Shown: positions 47,481 through 58,026, counted from the stretch's first letter. The stretch: DNA of 64,000 nucleotides from Candidatus Marinacidobacterales bacterium (GCA_965226495.1 OZ245365.1:3104001-3168000); one strand, 5' to 3'. Numbers and translations are program-made. Notes: a model not told the origin generated them from the sequence alone.

Positions 47481-47945
47481 ATGTCCACCACCTTTTCCCG
47501 CTCGATGCGCTCGCTCGAACGCGACGGGTTTCGTTTCAGTCTGACCGTCTTGCTCATCGCTGCATTGCTTCTTGTAGCGTGGGGCGTTTGGTTTTTCCTC
47601 GCGACGGTCCCCGTGTACACGGTTGTCCACACGTTCGATTTAGATGTGAACAGCGGGGCGACACATATTGTCGTGGAGCTCGAGGCCAGTGAAGCGGCGA
47701 ATGTCCGACCACAACAAAAAGCGTGGATTCGTTTGACGGGTGCGCGCGCACTACCCGCGACGGTAACTCGCGTCGTCAATGAGCCCGTACCGGGTGGGGA
47801 CGGCAAGACGCGCATCGAGCTCGCTGTTGAAGAAGACGCCGGCTCACTTCTATCAGAGCAGAACAACCTACAGGGAACAGTCGAGATCGAAGTAGAACGT
47901 TTAACCCCCTCGGCGCTCGCACTTCGTTCGATCAGGCGCGACTGA
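47481..47945 (+). CDS. Short HlyD-like membrane fusion protein (lacks the long coiled-coil hairpin)
   Basis: N-terminal TM (LLLVAWGVWFFLA); beta-barrel-like VRPQQKAWIRL..LPATVTRV..LQGTVEIEVERLTP; directly upstream of ABC exporters. Confidence 0.6.
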   Translation: MSTTFSRSMRSLERDGFRFSLTVLLIAALLLVAWGVWFFLATVPVYTVVHTFDLDVNSGATHIVVELEASEAANVRPQQKAWIRLTGARALPATVTRVVNEPVPGGDGKTRIELAVEEDAGSLLSEQNNLQGTVEIEVERLTPSALALRSIRRD

Positions 47946-47956
47946 GGCTCCGGACC

Positions 47957-50620
47957 TTGCGCGCCCGGCATCGTTTCTTCGCACCAGAGGTCGTCCAGTC
48001 GTCGGCAATGGACTGTGGACCGGCCGCGCTCAAGAGCTTGTTGGACGGCTTCGGGATTCCGGTGAGCTACGGCCGGCTACGAGAAGCCTGCCAAACCGAT
48101 GTCGACGGCACCTCCATTGACACATTGGAGGGCATTGCCGTCGAGCTCGGTCTCGAAGCCGAACAGATCTTGGTGCCAACCGATCACGTCCTCTTGCCGG
48201 CGGCGCATGCCCTCCCCGCCTTGGCGGTTGCCGAGCTGCCAAACGGTGCGGCCCATTTTGTCATCGTGTGGAGTCGACATGGTCGACTCGTGCAAGTCAT
48301 GGACCCCGCCTTCGGGCGAAGATGGATCTCCGAGACACGATTTTTGCAGGAGCTCTACCAGCACACCATGCTGATCCCGGCCGCCGCATGGCGTGAGTGG
48401 GCAGTCTCTGACGAGGCTCGCGGCGCCATAGAGTCGAGACTCGATGGCCTGAAGGTTCAAAAAAACACTTCACGCGATCTGATCGGGGAAGCGTCTACTC
48501 ATCCAGACTGGAGGGCTTTGGCAAGACTGGACGCCGCGCTCCGGGCAACCGACTCCGTCGTGCGAGCTGGCGGCATCGGTCTCGGTGATGACGCAACGCG
48601 GGTCCTGAAGGGCCTTATCGAAAGCGACGACATTCCGGAACACTTTTGGTCGGCTCGCCCCGCTGATGATGCTGATGAGGAGTCGGAGCGAGAGGAGCAC
48701 GTCTGGGCACGAGGAGCGGTGCTGGTTCGAGTGCGCGGACGTCGCCCATCGTCCAGGGACTCCTCTGAGCAATCGACGGAAGGACTATCGCCGGAGCTCG
48801 TCGCGGCTCGCGAGGAACCTACTGCCCGCCCCGGAAGGGAGCTATTTAAACTGCTGCGGGCCGATGGACTGTTGTCTCCGATTGCTTTGACACTCGCCTT
48901 GTTCGTGGCAGCCGGCGGGCTCGTGATCGAAGCACTACTCTTTCGTGGCCTGCTCGATTTGGTTCCCGCGCTCGGCTCGTTGACGCAACGAGTGGGCGCC
49001 TTCACCGCGCTCGCCGCTTTCGTTTTGTTTCTACTGATCCTCGAGCTCCCCATCGCGGGGGGCGTCCTTCGTCTCGGACGAAGGCTGGAAGGCCGGTTGC
49101 GCATAGCGTTCCTTGAAAAGATCCCTCGGCTCGGAGACCGTTACTTTCGAAGCCGACTGATCTCCGATATGGCGGAGCGAAACCATAGCGTCCATGGCCT
49201 GAGGAATCTCCCGAATCTGGGCGCGATCTTCATGGCTTCCTTCTTCGAGCTGGCGTTGACGGTGGCGGGAATCATCTGGCTCGCGCCCGCGAGTGCTCCG
49301 GTCGCTCTTCTGGCAGGAGCTCTCGCGCTCGGACTGCCGCTGGCTGGTCAACCCGTCTTGATGGAAAGGGACCTTCGCGTACGAAGTCACCTGGGCATCC
49401 TCAGCCGCTTCTATCTGGATTCGCTCCTAGGGCTCGTGGCGGTGCGCGCCCATGCCGCTGGGTCTTCCATCCGAAACGAGCACGAGGCGGAGTTGGTGCA
49501 GTGGACGAGAGCGCGTTTTTCGTTACAAGGGGCCGTGGTCGGTGTCGAGGGTATTCAGGCTTTGACCGGATTCGGAGCGGCCGCCTTCCTCCTGATCGGC
49601 CACCTGGATCGAGGAGGAGACCTGGGGAGCGTCCTGCTGCTGGTTTATTGGGCGCTCAATTTGCCATTTCTCGGTCTGACCATCGCGCAACTCGCTTGGC
49701 AATATCCAGCTCACCACAACGTAACGCTTCGATTGACCGAGCCGCTCGGTGCTCCCACTGACGAGTTTGACGAGCTCGGCGCTCGGTCACACGGCCCAAC
49801 AAAGAGCGAGCCTGAAAAGAAAACCGGAGTCGCGCTGCAGTTGCGGGAGCTGAGCGTGCGAGCCGGCGGGCACCTCATCCTCGATCGCATCGATCTCGAT
49901 ATCGATGCCGGAAGTCACGTGGCGGTCGTCGGCCATTCCGGCGCCGGCAAGTCGAGCCTGTTCGGGGTTCTCCTCGGCTGGCATCGGGCAAGTCATGGGG
50001 AGGTTCTGGTCGACGGCGTTCCCCTAGACAGAGGCGAGCTCGGGCGTCTCCGCTCGGCAACCGCTTGGATCGATCCGTCGGTTCAAGTCTGGAATCGCTC
50101 ACTGTCCGCCAATCTGCTGTACGGGAACGAGGTGCCTGCCATGCATCTCGAGATGGCCATCGATCAAGCCGATCTCCGCGAGGTCTTAGAATCGTTGCCG
50201 CAAGGCGAAGCGACGCTCCTAGGGGAGAACGGCGGATTGGTTTCGGGTGGTGAAGGCCAAAGAGTAAGGCTCGGCCGCGCGATGATGCGCTCGTCGGTGC
50301 GTTTGGTTCTCTTGGATGAGCCGTTTCGGGGCCTTGGCCATGAACAACGGGCAACACTACTCGCTCGCTGTCGGGAACTTTGGAAGCACGCGACGCTTCT
50401 GTGCGTCACTCACGGGATCGCTGAGACCGATTCGTTCGACCGCGTGCTCGTCATGGAAAGTGGAAAGCTCGTCGAGGACGGCACTCCGGAATCACTCGGT
50501 GCCCCGACAAGCTCTCGCTACCGCAGCCTGCGGGAGTCCGAAGAAGCGGTTCGCGCCGTGTGGACTGACGAGTCTTGGCGCCGGCTCGAGCTCGTCGATG
50601 GAAAGTTGGCCGAGAAATGA
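47957..50620 (+). CDS. Peptidase-containing ABC exporter (C39 + TMD + NBD)
   Basis: QSSAMDCGPAALK (Cys), AHFVIV (His), VMDPAFG (Asp); GHSGAGKS; VSGGEGQR; LLDE; CVTH. Confidence 0.93.
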   Translation: MRARHRFFAPEVVQSSAMDCGPAALKSLLDGFGIPVSYGRLREACQTDVDGTSIDTLEGIAVELGLEAEQILVPTDHVLLPAAHALPALAVAELPNGAAHFVIVWSRHGRLVQVMDPAFGRRWISETRFLQELYQHTMLIPAAAWREWAVSDEARGAIESRLDGLKVQKNTSRDLIGEASTHPDWRALARLDAALRATDSVVRAGGIGLGDDATRVLKGLIESDDIPEHFWSARPADDADEESEREEHVWARGAVLVRVRGRRPSSRDSSEQSTEGLSPELVAAREEPTARPGRELFKLLRADGLLSPIALTLALFVAAGGLVIEALLFRGLLDLVPALGSLTQRVGAFTALAAFVLFLLILELPIAGGVLRLGRRLEGRLRIAFLEKIPRLGDRYFRSRLISDMAERNHSVHGLRNLPNLGAIFMASFFELALTVAGIIWLAPASAPVALLAGALALGLPLAGQPVLMERDLRVRSHLGILSRFYLDSLLGLVAVRAHAAGSSIRNEHEAELVQWTRARFSLQGAVVGVEGIQALTGFGAAAFLLIGHLDRGGDLGSVLLLVYWALNLPFLGLTIAQLAWQYPAHHNVTLRLTEPLGAPTDEFDELGARSHGPTKSEPEKKTGVALQLRELSVRAGGHLILDRIDLDIDAGSHVAVVGHSGAGKSSLFGVLLGWHRASHGEVLVDGVPLDRGELGRLRSATAWIDPSVQVWNRSLSANLLYGNEVPAMHLEMAIDQADLREVLESLPQGEATLLGENGGLVSGGEGQRVRLGRAMMRSSVRLVLLDEPFRGLGHEQRATLLARCRELWKHATLLCVTHGIAETDSFDRVLVMESGKLVEDGTPESLGAPTSSRYRSLRESEEAVRAVWTDESWRRLELVDGKLAEK

Positions 50621-52760
50621 GACTGTCTACGGTAGATCGCCAGAGCATGCGCCATCTCTCGTGGCCGGTCGAGGAAATGGCGGAGGGGTTGTCGCTCTTG
50701 GCACGACGTGCGGGCCTCGGCCCTCGTAGCGCGCAGATACCTTCCCTCGGCAAGAGCGCACGAGACGACACGATCACTCATTGGATGGCATCCAGCGCCG
50801 CGTGGATGGGGCTCGAGGCTCAGCCCGTCGAGTCCACCTATCTGGAGCTTCCTGGGTTTCTCTTACGATCGGGCCCGGCGGTCGTTCGCCTGCCGGATCC
50901 TGACGCGAACCGTTTCCTGCTGGTCTTGAAAGGCACGGGGAAAGACGTTTCGATCCTCGGAAACGACCGAACCATTCACTCAATACCTCTCGCACGACTG
51001 GAAGCAGCCTTGGCACCGCACGACGCAGACCGAGTTGGCGATGCGGTCGACGAGCTTCTCGATAGTGTCGGGCTCGCCGGACTCGATGGAGCCCGTCGCC
51101 AGCGCGCCCGAGACGTAATGGTGCGCGAGCGGTTAGGCCAAACTGTGGTGGGCACTTCCTGGATATTGCGTTTGCCCGCTAGCGCCAGGACCAAATCGTT
51201 GGTGCGGCATACGCGCCTCCCCCAATACGTCCTTGCCTTCTGTGGAGCGCACACCGTTCAGTATCTCCTGTGGATCGCTTCGTGGTGGGTGATCGGACGC
51301 GGCGCCATTGAAGGCCGCGTGGATTCGGGATGGTTGGCCGCTTGGGTACTTCTACTGCTTACTATGATCCCATTCCGACTACTCGCTACGTGGTTCGAGG
51401 AACTGTTCAGCATTCGGGCCGGAGCACTCCTCAAACAGAGACTTCTCCAGGGGGCGCTTCGACTCAACCCGGACGAGGTTCGCCACGAGGGGGCCGGTCA
51501 TCATTTGGGTCGCGTACTCGAATCAGAGGCTGTCGAAGATCTCGCTCTGACGGGAGGCTTCTTGGCGTTGGTCGCTGGGATCGAGCTGGTCATCGCGACG
51601 GGTGTTCTCGCGACAGGTGCGGGGAGCGGGTACCACGTCGTGCTTCTGGTCGCCTGGCTCGGGGTGGCGTCAGTGGCGGGTCACGATTTCTTCCGAAGGC
51701 GTCGTCGTTGGACGCAACTTCGGTTGAGCATGAGTCACGAGCTCGTCGAAAAAATGGTGGGACACCGGACACGACTCGCGCAGCAAAATCCGCAACAGTG
51801 GCACGACGGCGAAGACGAGGAGCTTGCCCGCTATCTCGGCGTCTCGCGAGCCATGGATCGAGCCACCGTCAGACTCTCGGCTTTACCGAGGGGGTGGCTG
51901 TTCGTCGGCGTTGTCGGTCTGGCACCCTCTGTCATCGGTAGCCAAGCAAGTGCAGGCCTCTTAGCGGTGGGGTTGGGCGGCATGCTTCTCGCCTATCGAG
52001 CCCTCGACAAGCTGGTCGATGGCTTCTCCGATCTTGCCGACGCCGTCATCGCTTGGGAACAAGTGTCTCCCCTTTTCTATAGCGCTCGGCGGAGAGAAGC
52101 TCCCGGCGACCCGGCCCTCGCAATTCCACCGGATACCGAGCACTCGTCGACGCTTCTCGAGGCTGAAGCGATCGACTTTCGCTATCCGGATCGAGCGTCC
52201 CCGACCATCAGGGAGACGAGCCTCAGAATCTCGGTGGGCGATCGAGCGGTCGTTGCCTCACCATCGGGAGGGGGCAAGTCCACGCTCGTCTCTCTACTGA
52301 ATGGGCTTAGGACAGCAGATTCAGGGTCACTGCTCCTTTACGGGCTCGACCCGCAACAACTCGGCGCCGAGCGTTGGACTCGAAGAGTCGCCGCAGCCCC
52401 ACAGTTCAATGAGAATCACGTGTTCACCGAGACGTTGGCCTTCAATCTCCTGATGGGGCGAGGCTGGCCGCCGCACCCCGGCGATCTAGAAGCGGCGCAG
52501 GAGTTATGTCAGGAGCTCGGCTTGGGTGAGCTCATCGAGAGAATGCCGGGGGGGCTCTTCCAGATGGTCGGCGAAATGGGCTGGCAGCTCTCCCATGGTG
52601 AAAAGAGCCGACTCTACATCGCCCGGGCGCTGCTCCAGGGGGCCGATGTCGTCATCTTGGACGAAAGCTTCGCCGCCCTCGATCCCGAAAATTCTCGCCG
52701 TTCCCTCGCCTGCGCCCTCGACCACGCCCCTCTAGCCTCCTTGTAACCGCGCATTCCTGA
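50617..52760 (+). CDS. Second ABC exporter subunit with degenerate C39-like N-terminus; terminal frameshift
   Basis: ATGA overlap with the upstream stop; SPSGGGKST; LSHGEK; VILDE. The frame stops at 52746, but the H-loop SLLVTAHS* continues in another frame to 52760. Confidence 0.88.
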
Positions 52761-52807
52761 CATTGTAGGCGCGTACCCACGCCGGAGTCTGCCCCCGGGG
52801 TGTGGGC

Positions 52808-52836
52808 TTGACACCACGACGACTTTCTTGTATATA
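52808..52836 (+). promoter_or_regulatory. Near-consensus sigma70 promoter for the small peptide gene
   Basis: TTGACA-N17-TATATA. Confidence 0.7.
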
Positions 52837-52927
52837 GGTCCTACAGCTGTCTGGCTCGGCCAGCGGGGGGATGTTCCCACTGTTGTCTAGGCCAGGTTCT
52901 AAACCCGTTAAGGGGGGCGAAAGCCAC

Positions 52928-52987
52928 ATGAAGGTCAAAACCAAATTGAAGGCAGGGTGGAGCATAAGAAGAGGGCGAGGAAAGTAA
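52928..52987 (+). CDS. 19-aa precursor peptide MKVKTKLKAGWSIRRGRGK, putative substrate of the C39 exporter
   Basis: ATG..TAA, preceded by a purine-rich aagggggg RBS and its own promoter. The leader ends in AG (double-glycine-like). Too short for the ORF track. Confidence 0.75.
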   Translation: MKVKTKLKAGWSIRRGRGK

Positions 52988-53002
52988 GTAAGCCCTTTTT
53001 TT
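52968..53002 (+). terminator. Weak intrinsic terminator candidate overlapping the peptide 3' end
   Basis: agggc...gccct followed by a T run; the loop is long. Confidence 0.3.
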
Positions 53003-53051
53003 CCACAGATTACGGGTTTCTAGAAAGCGGGCGGCAGGGAACTGTTGCCCG

Positions 53052-56000
53052 TTATTTTTTTAACCTCAGGAGGCTAGCTGGCACGCCTACCTCGCCCGCC
53101 GCCCTGGCAGTCGCCGCACGACTGGCGGTCTGTTCCAGCAAAGTTCTCACCTGCCTTAGCCCTAGGAAGGAGCTCGAATGCTCGGGCAGTAAGCTGCTTA
53201 GAATCCATTCGATCGTCTCGGCCGCCTTCGAAAAAGCGCTCCTTGCCTCCTCAGGCCGATCGAGCTGATAGGCCTCCCCAAGCGTCCCGTACAATTCGAA
53301 GAGTAGTGGTCTTCCGGAAAACGACGCCGCGAGTCGGATCGCCTCCTGAGCTTCCATTTCCGCGCGGACGGCGTCCCCTTGGGCTAAGTACACTCGGGCG
53401 AGCGCCGCAGCGGCTTCTGCCTCGATGACCCGAAGCCGTGATTCCGCTGCGTCTTCCTTTCCCTGGCGCAAAATGCGCTGCGCCTTGACGAGACTCCCGT
53501 CCGCCAATTGAATTCGTCCAAGCTCGACGGCCAACATGAACTCGGTTCTTTTTTCACCGATGCGGGAGCAGGCTTCCTGGGCCGACTGGCTCATCGCGAG
53601 AGCCTCGTCTTCACGGCCCTGAAACCGGTGCAGCCTCGATTGGCTGAGTAGAATGAACGGCAAGTGATTGTCGGCCGGGGCTTCGCGGGCTAGTTGCGCG
53701 GCCTCACTCAACTCCTTTTCCGCCGCATCAAACTGGCCCAGTGTTGTCAAGAGGTGGCCCAGACGCGCCTTCGCGTCCGCCATGTCGGAGTCCATATCGC
53801 GCTCTTTGTAGATACGTAGACCTTGTTGGATAGCATTGTAAGCATCTCCGTAACGACCTTGCTCTGCGTAAGCCTCCGCGAGGTGGAGTTGGACCATCGC
53901 GACGCCGATGATCTGTTCGATTTCCTGAAAGATCGGGAGTGCGGCCAACAGAGAGTCGATTGCCATGCGGTGTTGCCCCTGGGCTTTCCGAACGACGCCG
54001 ATCTCTGTCAAGTTTGCGGCTTTTTCTTGCTTGTCGCCGGAGCGGTCGAGGTAGGTCTTGGCTTGCTCTAAATAGACCATTGCGTCGTCGTACTGCCCGC
54101 GCCGCCTGTAGATCTCGGCAATGTAATCCAAGCAAATGGCGAGATTGGTAGCATCCTGATGCTCCATCTCGATGCGCATGGATTTCCGCAAAGCGTCCAA
54201 CGCTTCGTCCAGTTTTCCCGCCTCCTTGTAGGTCAGACCGATATTCAGGAGCGCCATCGACTCGGTCGCTTGGTCGCCGATCTCGCGGGAAATGGCTAGC
54301 GCCTGGTTTTCCGCTACCAGGGCCTCATCGATGTCACCACGGAATTCGTACACGGCCGCGACATTCAACAGCGCGATGGCCTCTCCTCCCCGGTCCCCCG
54401 CCTGTCTGCGCAGGCTCAAGGAAGTGATGAAATAGTCCATCGCAGTGTCCAGGTCGCCCGTGTCCCGATACGCCGTACCGAGAATGGCGTGGATCCTTCC
54501 CAGCGACTCCATGTCATCATCGAATTGACCCGTCTCGAGCGCTTGCTTCAGCGACCCGATGGCCTCACCGGCGAAACCGCTCGCCACCCGTGCTCGACCG
54601 AGTCCAAGAATGGCGGCTCCGTAATCGGGAGCCAGCGTGACGACACGTTGATAGGATTTCATCGCTTCGGGGTATTCTCCGAGCTCCTCTAGCGCACCGG
54701 CCAAGCTCAGCTCGATGTCGGGATCTTCCGGATAGAGCTTGGCGAGCTCTCGGTAGCTCTCGGTCGCGGTCTCGAAATCGTTGTTCGCGAGCGCTTTGAT
54801 CGCGTGTATCTGGTAGCGTTCGGAGAGTGGAAGTGACGCACTCTCGGAAAGCTCGTCGGCGCGGGCGATCACCTCCTGCGCGTCCTCATACCTACCGCCA
54901 CCAATGTAGGCTTCCGCGAGCTTCGCATACGCCATGGCAAAGTTCGGATCGGCTTCGGTGGCCTCGGTGAAAAACGGTATCGCTTCTTGATTGGCCCCGG
55001 CGCGCGTCTTCTCTAACCCACTTTGATAGATCCGAAGCGCATCGAGCGAAACGGTGGAGACTTCGACGATGGGCCGGTCGATGTCTCCCTTGAGCTGCTC
55101 GGGGCTCAAATCGAGCTGCTCCTTCACTCTTTCAGAGATTTCGTCCACCATCGCAAAGATCTGCGATGTCTGCCCTTCGACTTTGATGGGCGTCGGTACA
55201 CCGGAATCACCTTGTCTCAATGTCAGATCCATGCGGAATTGCTCACCCGATGTGACAAATTGCCCGTATAGCACCGCCTGCGCCGGTGCCATGTCGGTGA
55301 CCGAGCTCAGCGTGGATTCGTCGAAACGAGTTTGCCCTTCGACGCCGAGCTCCCGTAGAACCTTGAACACACGCTCCCCCGGAACCGGCCGCACGTATCG
55401 AGACTGAGAAAGGTCGGTAATCACCATTTCCGGAAGCCCGTTCCGCATCCACTCGAGCTCGCCGGAACCGGTGGCGTTGGTGAAAGGCAAAACAACAAGG
55501 GTCGTCACCGGCCCGTCTTCTCCAACGACCGGTTCGGTAGCTCGCGTGCCCCTCGACAGGTAAGTAGTACCTCCGACGACGAGGGTCAATGCCGCCGCGG
55601 CAGCAAACCCCGCTCTACGACGGACCAGCCCTCTCCAGGCCTTCAACGTTAACGAGTTATCGACCTGCTCCCGGTCGAGATCTTCGAGCACTTCCGCCGC
55701 GTTCTTGTAACGCAGCTCGCGGTCTGTATCCAAGCATTTGAGGACGACCTTTTCCAAATATTTAGGGATGGTGGGATTCAACTCACGAGGTGGGCGCGGC
55801 TTCTGCGTGAGCCGCATCATGACCTTGGCAACCGCAGTATCCGCCTCGTAGGGGACCGCACCGGTCAGCATCTCGTAGAGAATGACGCCGAACGAAAAGA
55901 GATCGGATTGCGCGTCGGTCGACTCGCCACTCACCTGCTCCGGAGACATGTAATCCGGCGTACCCAAGATCGAACCGGTCGTGGTCATGGTGGAGGTGTC

Positions 56001-56711
56001 GGAAGCGCGGGCGATACCGAAGTCCATGATGTGCGGCATGCCGTCACGACTGACCATGATGTTCTGGGGCTTCAGATCGCGGTGAATCACCTCCTGCTCA
56101 TGTGCCTCTGCGAGAGCACTGAGCATCGGTGGAAGCATTTCCCGCACCGTCTCCACTGGGATACTCCCCTCTTTGCGGATCACGTCCTTGAGGCTTTCTC
56201 CGTCGATGAGCTCCATAGTGAAGAACTTGATCCCGCGCGCCTCACCCAGGTCGTAGATTCGAACGACGTTCTTGTGGGTGATGCGACGGGCCAGCAGGAG
56301 CTCCTGCTTGAATCGCTTCAAGACGCTCGGATCGCCGCTACTTTCACCCCGGATGATCTTGAGGGCGATCTCTCGATCGAGCTCGAGGTCGCGCGCTTTG
56401 TAGACGCGCCCCATTCCCCCTTCGCCGATGAGCTCGATGATCTCGTACCGATTGCCGAAGCGAGTCAGACGGGGGAGCACCCTCGTCATTCCGGACAGGG
56501 TCGCCGACTCGAGAATGTCTTCTAGGGATGCCGGGGAATCTGTAGCCACCCCGAGTGAAGGGGTCTCGTCGGGCAGTGGCTCGGAGTCGGGCGGGGCACC
56601 GCTTCCACCTCCACTTCCACTACCAAAGATATCGACGAGCAGCTCGCCACAGCCCTGGCACTCGACCAGGTCCTGAGCGTTAGTTTCGCCACAGGCGGAG
56701 CAATCCTTCAT
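53052..56711 (-). CDS. Receptor-type Hanks Ser/Thr kinase: Zn ribbon, kinase, TM, TolB-N-like domain, many TPRs
   Basis: CSAC..CQGC; GEGGMGRVY; HRDLKPQN; DFG; GTPDYMSPEQ; TM AGFAAAAALTLVVGG; LVVLPFTN; TPR repeats. Confidence 0.93.
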   Translation of the reverse strand: MKDCSACGETNAQDLVECQGCGELLVDIFGSGSGGGSGAPPDSEPLPDETPSLGVATDSPASLEDILESATLSGMTRVLPRLTRFGNRYEIIELIGEGGMGRVYKARDLELDREIALKIIRGESSGDPSVLKRFKQELLLARRITHKNVVRIYDLGEARGIKFFTMELIDGESLKDVIRKEGSIPVETVREMLPPMLSALAEAHEQEVIHRDLKPQNIMVSRDGMPHIMDFGIARASDTSTMTTTGSILGTPDYMSPEQVSGESTDAQSDLFSFGVILYEMLTGAVPYEADTAVAKVMMRLTQKPRPPRELNPTIPKYLEKVVLKCLDTDRELRYKNAAEVLEDLDREQVDNSLTLKAWRGLVRRRAGFAAAAALTLVVGGTTYLSRGTRATEPVVGEDGPVTTLVVLPFTNATGSGELEWMRNGLPEMVITDLSQSRYVRPVPGERVFKVLRELGVEGQTRFDESTLSSVTDMAPAQAVLYGQFVTSGEQFRMDLTLRQGDSGVPTPIKVEGQTSQIFAMVDEISERVKEQLDLSPEQLKGDIDRPIVEVSTVSLDALRIYQSGLEKTRAGANQEAIPFFTEATEADPNFAMAYAKLAEAYIGGGRYEDAQEVIARADELSESASLPLSERYQIHAIKALANNDFETATESYRELAKLYPEDPDIELSLAGALEELGEYPEAMKSYQRVVTLAPDYGAAILGLGRARVASGFAGEAIGSLKQALETGQFDDDMESLGRIHAILGTAYRDTGDLDTAMDYFITSLSLRRQAGDRGGEAIALLNVAAVYEFRGDIDEALVAENQALAISREIGDQATESMALLNIGLTYKEAGKLDEALDALRKSMRIEMEHQDATNLAICLDYIAEIYRRRGQYDDAMVYLEQAKTYLDRSGDKQEKAANLTEIGVVRKAQGQHRMAIDSLLAALPIFQEIEQIIGVAMVQLHLAEAYAEQGRYGDAYNAIQQGLRIYKERDMDSDMADAKARLGHLLTTLGQFDAAEKELSEAAQLAREAPADNHLPFILLSQSRLHRFQGREDEALAMSQSAQEACSRIGEKRTEFMLAVELGRIQLADGSLVKAQRILRQGKEDAAESRLRVIEAEAAAALARVYLAQGDAVRAEMEAQEAIRLAASFSGRPLLFELYGTLGEAYQLDRPEEARSAFSKAAETIEWILSSLLPEHSSSFLGLRQVRTLLEQTASRAATARAAGEVGVPASLLRLKK

Positions 56712-56727
56712 CAGAGGTATGAGCCGC

Positions 56728-57651
56728 TCACACCCGCGGCGTCAGCACAGGTTCTTCGTGACCAAGTGCAGTGAGCTCCTTGAATAGCTCGTCCATAGAC
56801 GCGGGCCGGCGATTGCGATCCTTTTCCAGCATCCGCAACACGAGATCTTCGAGTGCCGGCGAGATCTCGACCGCGGGGTTCGCTTGCTCGAAGGGAATGG
56901 GCATCGCCTTGAGATGCTTCGCAATGTAACCCTGAGGCGACTTGGCCTTGAACGGTCTCGAGCCAGTAAGAATTTCGTACAGTGTCACACCGAGCGAATA
57001 CACGTCCGAACGCCCATCGATCTCTTGATCGGCGGTGGGCATCTGAATCTGATCCGGCGAGCAGTACTCCGCTTTTCCCACGAATTTCATGGTGTCGGTG
57101 AGCTTGGTCGAGTCGGTCGCGATGATGTTCTTGGCGATACCGAAGTCGATGATCTTGACGATCTCATCATGTCCGTCAGGGTCCTCCGGAACTAGCACGA
57201 TGTTGTCGGGCGAGACGTCACGGTGAACGACTCCCTGTTTATGAGCCGCGGAGAGTCCGAGTGCTGTCTGTTTGGCGATCTCGATGCACTGCGGTATGGG
57301 AAGCCAACCCTTTTGGCGTAGCCTGCTCCGGAGACTAACCCCCTCGAGGTACTCCATCACCATGAAGAGGATGTCCTTTCCGAGAATGCCGAACTCGTGA
57401 ACGGTGACGAGGTGGCGATGCTTCAGGCGAACCAGGATCTGTGCTTCGCGCTGGAATCGCGCCTTAAACTCTTTGGCGGTGTCCGGGCTATCGGGATTGA
57501 GTAGTTTGATGGCTCGGAGCTCGTCGAGAAGAACGTGCTGGGCCTTGTAGACCCTAGCCATGCCGCCCTTGCCGATCAGTTGAAGGATTGAGTATTCGCG
57601 TAACTTTTTCCCGACGAGCTCATCTGGCATACGCCAATCCCTATCTTCCAT
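56728..57651 (-). CDS. Stand-alone cytoplasmic Hanks Ser/Thr kinase
   Basis: GKGGMARVY; AIK; HRDVSPDN; DFG; GKAEYCSPDQ; DVYSLG; no TM. Confidence 0.92.
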   Translation of the reverse strand: MEDRDWRMPDELVGKKLREYSILQLIGKGGMARVYKAQHVLLDELRAIKLLNPDSPDTAKEFKARFQREAQILVRLKHRHLVTVHEFGILGKDILFMVMEYLEGVSLRSRLRQKGWLPIPQCIEIAKQTALGLSAAHKQGVVHRDVSPDNIVLVPEDPDGHDEIVKIIDFGIAKNIIATDSTKLTDTMKFVGKAEYCSPDQIQMPTADQEIDGRSDVYSLGVTLYEILTGSRPFKAKSPQGYIAKHLKAMPIPFEQANPAVEISPALEDLVLRMLEKDRNRRPASMDELFKELTALGHEEPVLTPRV

Positions 57652-57985
57652 TAGTAGATCAGCAAGAGACGTGCCGCGCGCACTGTTTTCGGTCGGTTTC
57701 CTGTAAGTGTCTGAATCAAAGAGGATCCGATGGAAACGAGCCTAGGAAACGGCGACCGGCATCCGGACGAAACGGGGGATCCTCCCCCCACCGGAGCCTG
57801 GAAAGTGTTCCATCTCGAGAAAAATCAGTCACCCGCGAGGCGCGATCTCGCCCGGGCCTTTTGTCCGCAGCGACTTAGCACTATGGCCCGTGAGCCAGGC
57901 TTCGGGGTGGATCCACCCCAACTCCCCTCCTCCCTTTTCAAAACGGCGAATCGGAGCTGTTTCATGCGAGAAAAGGCGCCCGTTC

Positions 57986-58012
57986 TGTAATGTCTCGGTT
58001 CACTCGATCGTA
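57986..58012 (+). promoter_or_regulatory. Possible ECF-type autoregulatory promoter
   Basis: TGTAAT-N17-CGTA just upstream of the ECF sigma gene, resembling SigW/SigX-type motifs. Confidence 0.35.
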
Positions 58013-58026
58013 TATAAGATTGAGGA

